A stretch of 64,000 nucleotides of DNA from Candidatus Poribacteria bacterium (GCA_965208245.1 OZ242325.1:1493878-1557877); one strand, 5' to 3'. Numbered from the stretch's first letter, positions 39,524-49,471 are shown. A program made the numbers and translations. Notes: generated by a model not told the origin, from the sequence alone.

Positions 39524-40630
39524 TTATACGGGTACCCCAGCCTGCAATATATTGATTGCAGCGTTTATATCTCTGTCATGTGTCACGCTGCAATTTGGGC
39601 ATGTCCATACTCTATCTGCTAATGTTAGGTCTTGATTTTTATATCCGCAAGCATTACAAATCTTTGTAGTGGCTTGCCATTGACCTGCTTTTGCAAAAGT
39701 TTTGCCGTTTTTTTGACATGCCTCACTGAGAAATGTTATGAATCTATAGAAGGCAACATCAGAAACCTTGCGTCCCCACAGTCTTTTCATGCCGTCTATA
39801 TTGAGTGTTTCTACTGCAATAAAATCATATTGACGGACTAAGCGTAGTGCGAGTTTTCTAAACCAATCTTCTCTACGATTAGTGATTGATTTATGAACTC
39901 CTGATAACTTTCGTCTGGCACGGAACCATCCATTAGATTTGAACTTCTTTCTAGATAGTTTTTTATTCGCTGATTTTACAGCAGATATACTCCGTTTGAA
40001 AAATTCAGGCGATTCTATTTTTATACCATCTGACAATGTTAGAAAAGTTTTCATACCAAAATCTATCCCAGCTCTATGACCTGTCTTAGGTATTTTATTG
40101 ACATGATTATCTTCACATTGTAGACATAAATAATAATCACCGACTTTGTCGCGTTTTATAATGGCGTTTTTTATATTACCACGCCACTCACGGTTCTTGT
40201 TGAAGGTAAATGACTTCTCGATTTTCTTGATATGAATGCGAGTGCCATGAACCTCAAAAGCATTCTGAACAAACTTTATAGATGTAAATTTGTGATTAGG
40301 TTTGATATGCGGCACACCAACTTTCTTTACTGTTTCACCATTCTTGCGTGCTTTCTGATTATCAAAGAACCTTTGATATCCTTTATCAATACGATCTATT
40401 ATATCTTGTGCAGATTGACTTGGCACATCGGACCAATGCGGACTGACACGTTGCTTGAGTTTAGTCAAATGCTTATTGAGACGACCTTTGCCAGGATATT
40501 TACTATATATGCGATAGTACCGCTTGATTAGTTTTAGAAAATGAACGTGTATCTTATGCAGATCATCAATCATATTCACAATCTTTACTAAATTATCCTG
40601 CGGATGTAGTTTGTATTTATAGGTTCTCAT
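39524..40630 (-). CDS. tnpB: TnpB (OrfB_IS605: RuvC-like plus zinc finger), RNA-guided nuclease family
   Basis: MRTYKYKLHP..., AGIDFGMKTFLTLSDG, ...CNACGYKNQDLTLADRVWTCPNCSVTHDRDINAAINI. The ORF track start at 40687 is probably too far upstream. Confidence 0.9.
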   Translation of the reverse strand: MRTYKYKLHPQDNLVKIVNMIDDLHKIHVHFLKLIKRYYRIYSKYPGKGRLNKHLTKLKQRVSPHWSDVPSQSAQDIIDRIDKGYQRFFDNQKARKNGETVKKVGVPHIKPNHKFTSIKFVQNAFEVHGTRIHIKKIEKSFTFNKNREWRGNIKNAIIKRDKVGDYYLCLQCEDNHVNKIPKTGHRAGIDFGMKTFLTLSDGIKIESPEFFKRSISAVKSANKKLSRKKFKSNGWFRARRKLSGVHKSITNRREDWFRKLALRLVRQYDFIAVETLNIDGMKRLWGRKVSDVAFYRFITFLSEACQKNGKTFAKAGQWQATTKICNACGYKNQDLTLADRVWTCPNCSVTHDRDINAAINILQAGVPV

Positions 40631-40793
40631 TTTCCACTCTGACCTTCGATATATTGTTTTATTACTTCCAAAGTGACACCACCACAATCGCGTTTTTTTG
40701 ATAAATAAACCGCTTGGTTTCCGTCTACATCCCGCAAGCTAAAGCTTGGGGATTTGACGGGGAGTGTTAAATACGACACTTACGTTATAGGAA

Positions 40794-41450
40794 TTACATT
40801 ACACTGTTTTTAATGTGCGCCCAAGAAGTTGTGACTTTGCCTTTCGGTTCAACAGGGAGTTGACCAATTGTATAACGGAAATAAATATCGTCTTCTCCAT
40901 CATTGGGTCCACACCAAACCCAATTCGCCTCACAATCCGGATCTTTGAGAACTTCTCGCATTTTAGCAGCACCGAATGCCCATATACCTGCACCGAATTT
41001 CTCATATATTTCCAATTTATCTTCCCAATCGCTATCATCAAAATTTATCTTCTCCCAACCATCCTTTCGATCAGCAAGGGGGGAACCAACCTGACATCGC
41101 CACCCATCTTCACCAGTGCCAATATAGTTAGGTTTGTCATTAAGGATAATGTCAGCGAGGAATCCGCCTTTACCTGTAGCACCCGGTTCAGCATCGTGAA
41201 CATAGATTGCAACTAAAGCATATCCACTGTCAAGCGTGAAGTCGCTTACAGTTGGTACTTGCCAATTACTATTACGTGCAACTTCTTCTCCGTTCACAAA
41301 GACGACCCACTCGTTATCACCACTGACTCGCACTGTTCCTTTTGTCGGTGCAGCATCTGCTATCTGAAATAGTATCAAACTACCAAACATTAACGACAGT
41401 GTTAGACAGATCAAAAAACGTTTAACCATAATATACCTCCATGATGGCAT
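40794..41450 (-). CDS. Secreted hypothetical protein, paralogue B
   Basis: About 50% identical to 38691..39296. Signal peptide. Confidence 0.6.
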   Translation of the reverse strand: MPSWRYIMVKRFLICLTLSLMFGSLILFQIADAAPTKGTVRVSGDNEWVVFVNGEEVARNSNWQVPTVSDFTLDSGYALVAIYVHDAEPGATGKGGFLADIILNDKPNYIGTGEDGWRCQVGSPLADRKDGWEKINFDDSDWEDKLEIYEKFGAGIWAFGAAKMREVLKDPDCEANWVWCGPNDGEDDIYFRYTIGQLPVEPKGKVTTSWAHIKNSVM

Positions 41451-41523
41451 TTAAGTTTATAACCAAATTGCAAATTTTTCTATTTGAACTTGATTGGTTG
41501 TATCTTGTTTTGATTCAAAGGAA

Positions 41524-41955
41524 TCATTCTACTATTATTTTACCAACTATACGATTAATATTCAACATAAAAAGAAGTAAATCATACACGCTATGCTTAT
41601 GAAGAAAACGGCGGCGGGTTTTCCTTTCTTTGATGAAATCCGTAACTTTCCGGAATACGCCACTAACCCAATCAGAGTTTAGTCCAGTAACAAGAATGTT
41701 GCTTGCGTTTGGTGTAGATACGGAAGCAGATAGTGACAAATTGAAAAGATCAGGTTTGGTGAAATCTAGCAGCAATTCAAAACTGTTCCTCGGGGACCAA
41801 TTATACAAATTTCTTAGATCCAATTCACTGTCAATGAAAAGGTTCTTAACCTTATCAGGAAAACGCGGGGAGTTAAACACGGATGGAATTGTGCCATAGA
41901 CCGTTTCATCATCTGCTCCTCGTACAGCCACCTTTAATTCAAATCCAAGTCTCAA
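41524..41955 (-). CDS. Hypothetical protein (143 aa)
   Basis: ORF. Its start overlaps the stop of the upstream 73-aa ORF (ATGA). Confidence 0.4.
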   Translation of the reverse strand: MRLGFELKVAVRGADDETVYGTIPSVFNSPRFPDKVKNLFIDSELDLRNLYNWSPRNSFELLLDFTKPDLFNLSLSASVSTPNASNILVTGLNSDWVSGVFRKVTDFIKERKTRRRFLHKHSVYDLLLFMLNINRIVGKIIVE

Positions 41956-42173
41956 TAATGCTCTATCCGCGTTAATTCGCTCTGTGGATTATAATTGGCT
42001 ATTTCTTCTTCCGCAGCTGCATGACTTGACTCTTGCAACATTTCGCAAAGCTTTTTTAAATCATCTTTAGAAAAAGTGCATGCTGTAATCTGCTGTGATA
42101 ATTCCGTTGTCAAGATCGCACGGTTTTGTTGTTCCATTTCAAATCCTTGCGTTTTACGCAGGGAAGAGGACAT
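41952..42173 (-). CDS. Hypothetical small protein (73 aa)
   Basis: ORF, translationally coupled to 41524..41955. Confidence 0.35.
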   Translation of the reverse strand: MSSSLRKTQGFEMEQQNRAILTTELSQQITACTFSKDDLKKLCEMLQESSHAAAEEEIANYNPQSELTRIEHY

Positions 42174-42201
42174 CTAAAAATGCTACTGTTTTGGCATTTG
42201 T

Positions 42202-42453
42202 CTACATAGAAAGTACGTTAGGATGCTGTTCACGTTCAAGCTTGACTCGGTGAAAATCAAATTCAACAAGCCTGATAACTCCGGGTTCATTGTCGTATAC
42301 AACACCGATGGATGCAATTGTCTCTCCTATTCCCGATGGATTCTCGAATTCAACAATATCACGGATTTTGCCGGGATTCCCATCTACAGTAATCCTCTCA
42401 CCAACTTTCCAATCTTTGACGCGTTGAAAAGGGATATACTTTACATTTTCCAT
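42202..42453 (-). CDS. Hypothetical small protein (83 aa)
   Basis: ORF only. Confidence 0.35.
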   Translation of the reverse strand: MENVKYIPFQRVKDWKVGERITVDGNPGKIRDIVEFENPSGIGETIASIGVVYDNEPGVIRLVEFDFHRVKLEREQHPNVLSM

Positions 42454-42784
42454 AGTTTAAACTCCTTTTGCACTGAAAAAGACATGTGCTTTCATGAAAG
42501 CAATTTATAGGGATTAAATGTTTCATTCACACATATTCCTAAGTCTTATTCTTTTATTTAGTATATCACAAGAATGCAGTAAAGTCAATTTTATGACATT
42601 ATGACAGCATTAAATTGACATTTATCAACAATTTGTGCTATCCTATCCTATAGAAACAGAGTTAAGAGGTGCACATGGAAGTAAAGTCCCAAATCCTGAA
42701 TACAGAAGACATTAAGAGGCTGTTCAGAACAGATATTGGGCATTTTGATGACAAGAGTATCAAATTGAGGTTAAAAACATTATT

Positions 42785-43048
42785 ATGACTGGAGCAGAAG
42801 CTTTAATTCAACAAGGCAAAGTTGAAGGACTTGAACAAAGTAAAGCGGAAAGACTTGAACAAGGTAGAATCGATGAGAAACGGACATCCGTTCTCAAAGT
42901 AGTGCGTCATAAGTTTGCTGACTTCTCAGATGTTGTTCTTAATGAGATTAGTGGGATAGATGATCTTGTCTATCTTGATGATCTGTTTGACCAAGTCCTT
43001 ACCGCAGAATCGTTTGATGACATTGACTTTTCAAAGAACGGTAAGTAG
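42785..43048 (+). pseudogene. Stand-alone DUF4351-like C-terminal fragment of an Rpn/YhgA-like (PD-(D/E)XK transposase-like) protein
   Basis: GKVEGLEQSKAERLEQGRIDEKRTSVLKVVRHKFADFSDVVLNEISGIDDLVYLDDLFDQVLTAESFDDI matches the DUF4351 pattern. The N-terminal nuclease domain is absent. Confidence 0.5.
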
Positions 43049-43081
43049 TATATACCTAACTATATTTCACTCTGAACTGTA

Positions 43082-43108
43082 GCACAATCTAACAGATTGT
43101 GCTACAAT
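43082..43108. repeat. 27-bp palindromic element, copy B (between convergent gene ends; possible bidirectional terminator)
   Basis: tgtagcacaatct-aac-agattgtgctaca. Confidence 0.7.
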
Positions 43109-43125
43109 GTGATCATGTTCGTCTA

Positions 43126-45351
43126 TCACAATTTCCGCCACTGCAACCTTAAACTATTCAACACAACTGACACACTACTAAACGCCATTGCAAAAGCTGC
43201 AAGCATCGGGTGTAACTCGCGCAGCATCGTTGGAAGGAATTCCAGCGGATATAACACGCCTGCAGCGATAGGTATTAATAGCACATTATAGAAAAATGCC
43301 CAGAAAAGATTCTGCTTGATTGTGCGGAGCGTGGAACGGCTTAATTGGATGGCATCAGGGATCGTCTTCAGGTCACCATGCATTAATGTCAGATCAGCTG
43401 TCTCCATTGCAATATCTGTTCCGGTGCCGAGTGCCATGCCGACATCTGCTTGTGCTAACGCGGGGGCATCGTTGATGCCGTCTCCTACCATTGCAACGAA
43501 TCCATCTGCCTCTTCTTGTGCTTGTTTGACTGCTGTTGCCTTGTCTTCAGGTAGAAGTTCAGACATTACATCTGAAATCCCAACACTTTTTGCGATGGCA
43601 TTTGCAGTGCCCCTGTTGTCCCCTGTCATCATGGTTACATCACACCCAAGTTCACGGATTTCTTTGATAGCTGCTTCTGCTTCTGGTCTTACAGTATCTG
43701 CTACTGCCAGCAGTCCGCACAGTTGAGAATCAATTGCAACCCATAACACTGTCTTTGCATCATCTTGCAGTCTTCCTGCGTCTTGCGATAACATTTCTGT
43801 AGATATACCGTGCTGTTGCATGAAGTTCTGCTTACCGATTTTCACGGTCTTACCATCAAGTTTTGCGATGATACCATTGCCTGTGACAGTCGCAAAATCT
43901 GAAGGAACGGCAGTCTCAATCCCACGTTCAGATGCAGCAGATACTACGGCTTTGCCGAGCGGATGTTCACTGCCACGTTCCGCTGATGCGGCTATCTGTA
44001 GCAGAAGATTCTCGTCTACACCGTTGGTGATTGTATCTGTGAGTGTTAATTTGCCTTGGGTCAATGTCCCAGTTTTATCCAGAACAATTTGAGAGACTTC
44101 ACCGACATGCTCTAATGTTTCACTGTTCCGGAATAGGATACCACGATGTGCACCAATACCCGTGCTTACCATAATTGCAGTGGGTGTAGCGAGACCTAAA
44201 GCACATGGACACGCAATGACTAACACGGCTACCAAACGTAACATTGCAGGCGTGAATCCTTCTCCGACAAAAAACAACCACACGAGAAACGTTATCGCAG
44301 CAATACATAAAACAATAGGAACAAACACACTTGCCACAGCATCAGCAGTTCTTTGGATCGGTGCTTTGCTCTGTTGTGTCTGTTGCACTAACTGAACCAG
44401 CCGTGCCAGTGCAGTTTCAGAACCCACGCGTGTTGCCTCAATTGTGAGCATTCCGCCCTGATTAATTGTTGCACTAGTTACTGTGTCATCTACTGACTTA
44501 TCAACGGGTATGCTCTCACCTGTGAAGATGCTTTCGTCAACAGCACTTGAACCTTTACGGACAATCCCGTCAACAGGTATACTTTCACCGGGACGTATGA
44601 GGAGCATATCACCCACGATTACATCTTCAATTGGAATATGATTTTCCTCACCATCTTTGATGAGACAGGCTGTTTTTGGAGATAGACCTATCAGTTTCTT
44701 TAGGGCAGAACCTGTTTTTCCTTTGGCGCGTGCCTCTAAATACTTACCAAGTTTAATCAGGGTTATGATAACCGCAGCTGTCTCAAAATAGACATGATCT
44801 CCAAATTGTTGACTATTACCTGTTAAAGCAATCATGACCACTACACTAAATAGAAACGCCACAGATGAACCCATCGCAACGAGGACATCCATATTTGCAG
44901 AACGGTTACGGAGTGCCTTTATGCTGCCGACATAATAATCCTGTGCGACAAAAGTCTGGACAGGTAATGCTAAGGCAAACATGATCCATTTGACCCATAT
45001 ATCCTGTGACCATCCACCAATCAATCCCATATCGCTACCCATGCTGAGAAGGAACAGCGGGAGCGTGAAGAGCATACCTACGCCAAATTGTAACTTCTGT
45101 CGTTTGAGTTCTGCATCACGTTCTTCCGCTTCAGAATTGGGATCAACGACATCAAAACCGAGAGAACGAATTTTGTCAACAATTGTTTCCTCGTTGAGAT
45201 CAGTGGGATTAAATGTGATCGCAGCCTGATCCGTGGCAATACTGACATTTGCATTAAGTATACCCGTCATCTGCTCAAGGTTATGGCTGATTGTAGATGC
45301 ACAGTTTTCACAATGCATACCTGTGATAGAAAGGATAATTTGCTGTTGCAT
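43126..45351 (-). CDS. copA: Copper-translocating P1B-type ATPase
   Basis: N-terminal HMA GMHCENCA, CPC, DKTGTLT, GDGINDAP. Confidence 0.95.
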   Translation of the reverse strand: MQQQIILSITGMHCENCASTISHNLEQMTGILNANVSIATDQAAITFNPTDLNEETIVDKIRSLGFDVVDPNSEAEERDAELKRQKLQFGVGMLFTLPLFLLSMGSDMGLIGGWSQDIWVKWIMFALALPVQTFVAQDYYVGSIKALRNRSANMDVLVAMGSSVAFLFSVVVMIALTGNSQQFGDHVYFETAAVIITLIKLGKYLEARAKGKTGSALKKLIGLSPKTACLIKDGEENHIPIEDVIVGDMLLIRPGESIPVDGIVRKGSSAVDESIFTGESIPVDKSVDDTVTSATINQGGMLTIEATRVGSETALARLVQLVQQTQQSKAPIQRTADAVASVFVPIVLCIAAITFLVWLFFVGEGFTPAMLRLVAVLVIACPCALGLATPTAIMVSTGIGAHRGILFRNSETLEHVGEVSQIVLDKTGTLTQGKLTLTDTITNGVDENLLLQIAASAERGSEHPLGKAVVSAASERGIETAVPSDFATVTGNGIIAKLDGKTVKIGKQNFMQQHGISTEMLSQDAGRLQDDAKTVLWVAIDSQLCGLLAVADTVRPEAEAAIKEIRELGCDVTMMTGDNRGTANAIAKSVGISDVMSELLPEDKATAVKQAQEEADGFVAMVGDGINDAPALAQADVGMALGTGTDIAMETADLTLMHGDLKTIPDAIQLSRSTLRTIKQNLFWAFFYNVLLIPIAAGVLYPLEFLPTMLRELHPMLAAFAMAFSSVSVVLNSLRLQWRKL

Positions 45352-45361
45352 GAACTTTATG

Positions 45362-45400
45362 GTAAAGTATTATGGGGGCGGGGTTTCCCCGCCCCTACGA
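45362..45400. repeat. Perfect GC hairpin GGGGCGGGG-TTT-CCCCGCCCC plus CTACG flank (REP-like/terminator)
   Basis: Palindrome read directly. Lies between a lipoprotein gene stop and the copA start. Confidence 0.7.
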
Positions 45401-45440
45401 TGTTTGTGAAATATGTTCTGATCTCATTTTGGTGGCCGCA

Positions 45441-46082
45441 TCATTCTGTTTTCTTTTTAAAGACCAGTGTCTCTCCAGGCACGGACAGTGTGAGCGTATC
45501 TTGTTCAGTCTCTTGTGTATAATTAACGCCAACTTTGAATGGAAATGTTGACTCATCCTGTTTAGATCCCATTTCAAATTCGTCTTGTAGTTGTTCTACT
45601 GTCAACCTATGCTCTAATGGAGCTTTTTCTAATTCCGCTTCCCATGCCTCTCTGGGGGTAAGAGTTACTGCCACATCTACCTTTTGTGTCTCGATTGTTA
45701 ATGTTGTTGCTCCTGTGGTGTATTCCCCTGTTACTGTATAGGTTATCACAGATGTCAACGATCTCGGTGGGTCCACTGGGTCTTGCTCAGAGGTAGTGAA
45801 TATTAACTCACCTGCCAATTTGCCTGTAGCATCAAAAACAAATTGTGAGGTAACCTCGAATGTAGATGGTGGGGAACCTTCTTCAGGCTCTGGCATAAAG
45901 AGGGATTCAGGCGTTTGGTCATTAATCGTTGCTATCTCCCAAGGGGTATCAACGAAGGCTAAATCTTCGCTTTGAATGGTATCCTCTGTCATAATTTTTT
46001 CACAACCGGTAAAAACACAAAAAGTTGCGGACAGCAAAAATGTAAATATAACGAATCTATGAAAAACACATTTGCTAAACAT
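45441..46082 (-). CDS. Hypothetical lipoprotein
   Basis: Signal peptide with lipobox ...FTGC. Confidence 0.5.
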   Translation of the reverse strand: MFSKCVFHRFVIFTFLLSATFCVFTGCEKIMTEDTIQSEDLAFVDTPWEIATINDQTPESLFMPEPEEGSPPSTFEVTSQFVFDATGKLAGELIFTTSEQDPVDPPRSLTSVITYTVTGEYTTGATTLTIETQKVDVAVTLTPREAWEAELEKAPLEHRLTVEQLQDEFEMGSKQDESTFPFKVGVNYTQETEQDTLTLSVPGETLVFKKKTE

Positions 46083-46250
46083 GATAAACTCTCCTTATTG
46101 TTAGTTTAGCTTTTCAAACCTAATAACGTATTGCAATTGAGTGAATCTATTCGGAAGATTCCTCTGAATGCATATCAATTTGCTTATGCAAACGAAATAA
46201 CATCCCTATAGTTTACAAACAGAGAATATTGGGCAAGCCCTATAATTAAA

Positions 46251-47389
46251 TGAGGGGTGTGCATAAATGCGTATAACATAATAGTAAATGTTATTCTGAG
46301 TTTTCTATTGAAATATGGTTTTCATTCTTGAAACTTCTCTGCTTGGCAAGTTCCAAATTGAGTTGACCAACATTGCTATTTGTAGCAATACAATTGTCAA
46401 CATCAGAAAGGTTCTCACATTTTCAAGACGAGCTATTGGCAGTTGCTTCTGATTAGTTTTTGTTCCTGTCAGGTCGCTCAACAGATTAAAAACCGGTTCA
46501 ATAGTTGTCTTGCGTTGTTGTTGATAAGTCTGTAGCTGCGGTGATGTTTCAATCGCTTGTAGATAAGCTACCTTTTCAGGTGCTTTAGCCCCTGTTATGG
46601 GTGTCAAAAGGAATAGCCTATCTTTTGCGAGTGTTTGAATACGCGTAAAGTCTGTATAGCCAGCATCTGCAATGACATACTTGATATGTCTCGCCAGAAG
46701 TGCGTCGGTCTTTTGCTCAAACGCTGTTTTTTCTCTCACAGAAGCAGTGTAGACATCGGCAAACATTGGAAACCCGTTGGCAGTAGTTATCAGATGTAGT
46801 CCATAGCCATAAACCCATCCACGATACTTGCTTTTTGACCAACTTGCATCTGTATCAAGGTTGCGTAAACCATCGGGAATGTGATGTGCTTTTCGGTCTT
46901 TTTGATGCCACACATTCCCTTGTGCTTTGTAGAGGCTTTTGTCAACAAAGACAACATCTTGAGGTGTATCTGTATCCAATGCAATACCTAAATCTCCGAG
47001 ATATTCAACGAACTGTTCGATTCTGGTTGTGAGGTGTTTGTAGCGACGGGATAGAGTTGTGCGATCCGGAATACTTTTGAACTTGAGTTTTTTCACCCAA
47101 TCTGGGTGTTCAAGAAGAAAAGCATGCTGTGCTTTAAACGGATGAATACCTTTCAGTATCATAATGGCAAAAAAGATAATCAGTGAACTATCAGGATGCA
47201 CTTTAGGTCTTCCTTTAGGTTTAGACGCATTGGAACGGATGGATTTCTCAAAATCTTTGTAGCAATAAGAAAAAAATGTGATATAATATCTCATGTCAGG
47301 ATAACTCATGGTAAATACTCCTTAAAAAAAAGATTTTAAATTAGAGTATAACCCTTATCCTGACTAATGTCAATTATGCACACCCCTCA
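46251..47389 (-). mobile_element. IS4/IS5-superfamily insertion sequence with perfect 16-bp TIRs (TGAGGGGTGTGCATAA), flanked by ATTAAA on both sides
   Basis: TIR at 46251-46266 and its reverse complement at 47374-47389. DDE transposase CDS inside. Confidence 0.8.
46305..47309 (-). CDS. IS4/IS5-family DDE transposase
   Basis: 334 aa, DDE_Tnp_1-like (…VIADAGYTDF…). Confidence 0.75.
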   Translation of the reverse strand: MSYPDMRYYITFFSYCYKDFEKSIRSNASKPKGRPKVHPDSSLIIFFAIMILKGIHPFKAQHAFLLEHPDWVKKLKFKSIPDRTTLSRRYKHLTTRIEQFVEYLGDLGIALDTDTPQDVVFVDKSLYKAQGNVWHQKDRKAHHIPDGLRNLDTDASWSKSKYRGWVYGYGLHLITTANGFPMFADVYTASVREKTAFEQKTDALLARHIKYVIADAGYTDFTRIQTLAKDRLFLLTPITGAKAPEKVAYLQAIETSPQLQTYQQQRKTTIEPVFNLLSDLTGTKTNQKQLPIARLENVRTFLMLTIVLLQIAMLVNSIWNLPSREVSRMKTIFQ

Positions 47390-47709
47390 ATTAAATTGTG
47401 TTGAAGCGCGATTGCTGCAATCCAGATATCGTTATCTGGAATTAAAGTGCCTTTACGCTCCAATCTCTCTTTAATGATTCCGTAGAACTGAGCAGTCTCA
47501 AAATCATAACGGTAAAATTTGCTATTATTTGCCAGTATGTCAATTTTGCGTAAATTTTGAATAACTTGTTGAGACTTTTGAGCACCATACCATAGTTCTC
47601 CAATAATTGTTGGTGCGACAGCTATGAATTCTGCATTTCGTAATTTCTCTTTAACAATCTCATCTCCCGAAAATAAAGCTATTGCTATGTTTGTGTCGAT
47701 TAAATACAT
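47374..47709 (-). CDS. vapC: PIN-domain VapC-like toxin whose last 6 codons and stop are supplied by the IS TIR
   Basis: MYLIDTNIAI ... IPDNDIWIAAIALQHN then LIEGCA* encoded by tta att gag ggg tgt gca taa, which is the TIR. Confidence 0.7.
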   Translation of the reverse strand: MYLIDTNIAIALFSGDEIVKEKLRNAEFIAVAPTIIGELWYGAQKSQQVIQNLRKIDILANNSKFYRYDFETAQFYGIIKERLERKGTLIPDNDIWIAAIALQHNLIEGCA

Positions 47710-47710
47710 C

Positions 47711-47940
47711 CTACTTAGATCCGTATATTTGCTCGCAACCTTCTTCAATTGCTTGTTTCATAATCTCTAAATCTTCCTTTGAAATTGCTCCAACAAGTCT
47801 GAGCAATTCCTTACCTGATATTCCCTTTGGTGTTTCTCTGGGCACCTCCAATATAAAATCTAATACCTGTCTCTGTTGTCCGGGCGAAAGACTATTGAGT
47901 TGTTTCACAATTTCTTGAATATGTTCTGAATTTTCCATTG
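47711..47940 (-). CDS. Putative antitoxin partner of VapC (small helical protein)
   Basis: Abuts the vapC start. About 75 aa from MENSEHIQ. Confidence 0.45.
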
Positions 47941-48149
47941 TATTTCCTCCTTTGCTGATGTTAATTATGGAGTGCAATTATCAAGTTTTTTGATCTGTGC
48001 CAGCTGTGTAACTGGCGTGATGCAGACAGTTAAGTGGCAAACACTTTACTCACCTATTCTCGATTTCAATTGACATAATTGTAGAATATGATATAATAGA
48101 TGTAATAGACATCATACCACATACTTAGAAAAATTGAAAGGAACGATTT

Positions 48150-49433
48150 ATGGATTTGACACGACAACCACCGCGTCGCCCCTCTAATCTCGGTGTTGCA
48201 GGGATTGTTGGGGCAGCGCGTATGACAGACAAGGCGCGCGCACACAACGCTGAGATGCTCGGGGAATTTGTCTATGGAAGATACTCAGGATTAGACCGAC
48301 GCATATTAGCGTTCTTGGATATTACAGCAGATGATTTTGCTGCTGCAGCAGACGAATACGATGATGGTGCACTCAGCACGTGGATGCTTGAAAAAGGAAA
48401 CAAGACTGCTGACGAGATTGAGGATTTCAACAGATCGGAACTTGATAAACTCCCCGCTGACAAGAAACATCAACAACTCTTAGAAGAACGTCTTGCAAAG
48501 TTTGCACCGGGACGCACGGATATAAAGACAGTGCTGCAATCCATTGAGCTAGATGATTGGGGTTGTTTTTGGCAGGTTGATCTGACCGTTCGTCCACCAC
48601 GTAGCGCACGCGCAAGAGATGTTGCGGGAATCTGCGGGGTAGCACGCATGGCGGATAAGGCACGTGCAGAACGCACAGGAAAAATCGGTGACTATAAATA
48701 CGGAGATACTTCTGGACAAGATGTTCGTATATTGGAATTCCTCGGTATTTCCGCAGACGCTTTTCAGGATGCAGCAGTCAAAAACCCAAATGATATTGAA
48801 ATAGGTGAATGGGTGTTAGAGAACTGTGATAAATCAGCAGAAGAAATTGATACTTTCAATCACGCTATGGTGAATCGCGGTCCAAATGAAACGACACACG
48901 AACGTTTTGAAGCAAGACGGCAGGAGGTAGACCCAACTCGAACAGACATCAATACATGGGTTGCTTTACAAGACTTAGACGATGAGTTGAGTTTCGGTAT
49001 TGTTGATCTTAATCGGCATCCACCGCGGAGTCCTTCTAATACGGATGTCTATGGAACGGTGCAGCTGGCGCGGTTGATTGACAAAGGTCGGGCATATATT
49101 GGCAATACGTTGGGAGGATACTTTTACGGAAAAGATTCAAGAATCGACAGAATAACCCTTGAGTTTTTGGGTGTACCTCATGCTGACTTTACTGAGGCAC
49201 TGAAAACGTTACAGACCGATGCGGATGTTGAAACGTGGTTGAAGGCGAATCATCCTAAGAGTGATGCTGACATCAAAGCATTCAATGATAAAATGATGCA
49301 ATTGGGACCAGAAACCGAACAGCAGAAAGCTCGGATGGCAGAAAGACTTGAAAAAATTGATGCAGACCCCTCAAAAATCACGACACTGTTCGCCGCGATC
49401 GCACTTGATGATGAGAAGACGTTTGCTATATAA
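48150..49433 (+). CDS. Protein composed of three tandem DUF5069-like repeats; GC-richer than surroundings
   Basis: Three roughly 140-aa repeats each starting ...R(Q/P/H)PPR(R/S)..N.....G..R(M/L)(T/A/I)DK.RA. Confidence 0.6.
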   Translation: MDLTRQPPRRPSNLGVAGIVGAARMTDKARAHNAEMLGEFVYGRYSGLDRRILAFLDITADDFAAAADEYDDGALSTWMLEKGNKTADEIEDFNRSELDKLPADKKHQQLLEERLAKFAPGRTDIKTVLQSIELDDWGCFWQVDLTVRPPRSARARDVAGICGVARMADKARAERTGKIGDYKYGDTSGQDVRILEFLGISADAFQDAAVKNPNDIEIGEWVLENCDKSAEEIDTFNHAMVNRGPNETTHERFEARRQEVDPTRTDINTWVALQDLDDELSFGIVDLNRHPPRSPSNTDVYGTVQLARLIDKGRAYIGNTLGGYFYGKDSRIDRITLEFLGVPHADFTEALKTLQTDADVETWLKANHPKSDADIKAFNDKMMQLGPETEQQKARMAERLEKIDADPSKITTLFAAIALDDEKTFAI

Positions 49434-49471
49434 ACCTTGGAAATATCCGGTTTTATTGTAGTCTCTAATAG

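Larger units (their letters stand above)
39385..40790 (-). mobile_element. IS200/IS605-family solo-tnpB element (no tnpA). Boundaries approximate.
   Basis: Full-length TnpB CDS. Hairpins at both ends (LE about 40713-40733 CCCGCAAGC-TAAA-GCTTGGGG; RE subterminal ATCACT-GAAACG-AGTGAT at 39389-39406). Confidence 0.7.

Noticed and set aside
42617-42650. TTGACA-containing promoter upstream of the DUF4351 fragment
   Set aside because: The -10 region (TATCCT) is poor and the downstream gene is a fragment. Not confident enough to list as a feature.
43316-45229. Several 60-140-aa ORFs antisense to or within copA
   Set aside because: copA homology is unambiguous on the minus strand. The others are shadow ORFs.
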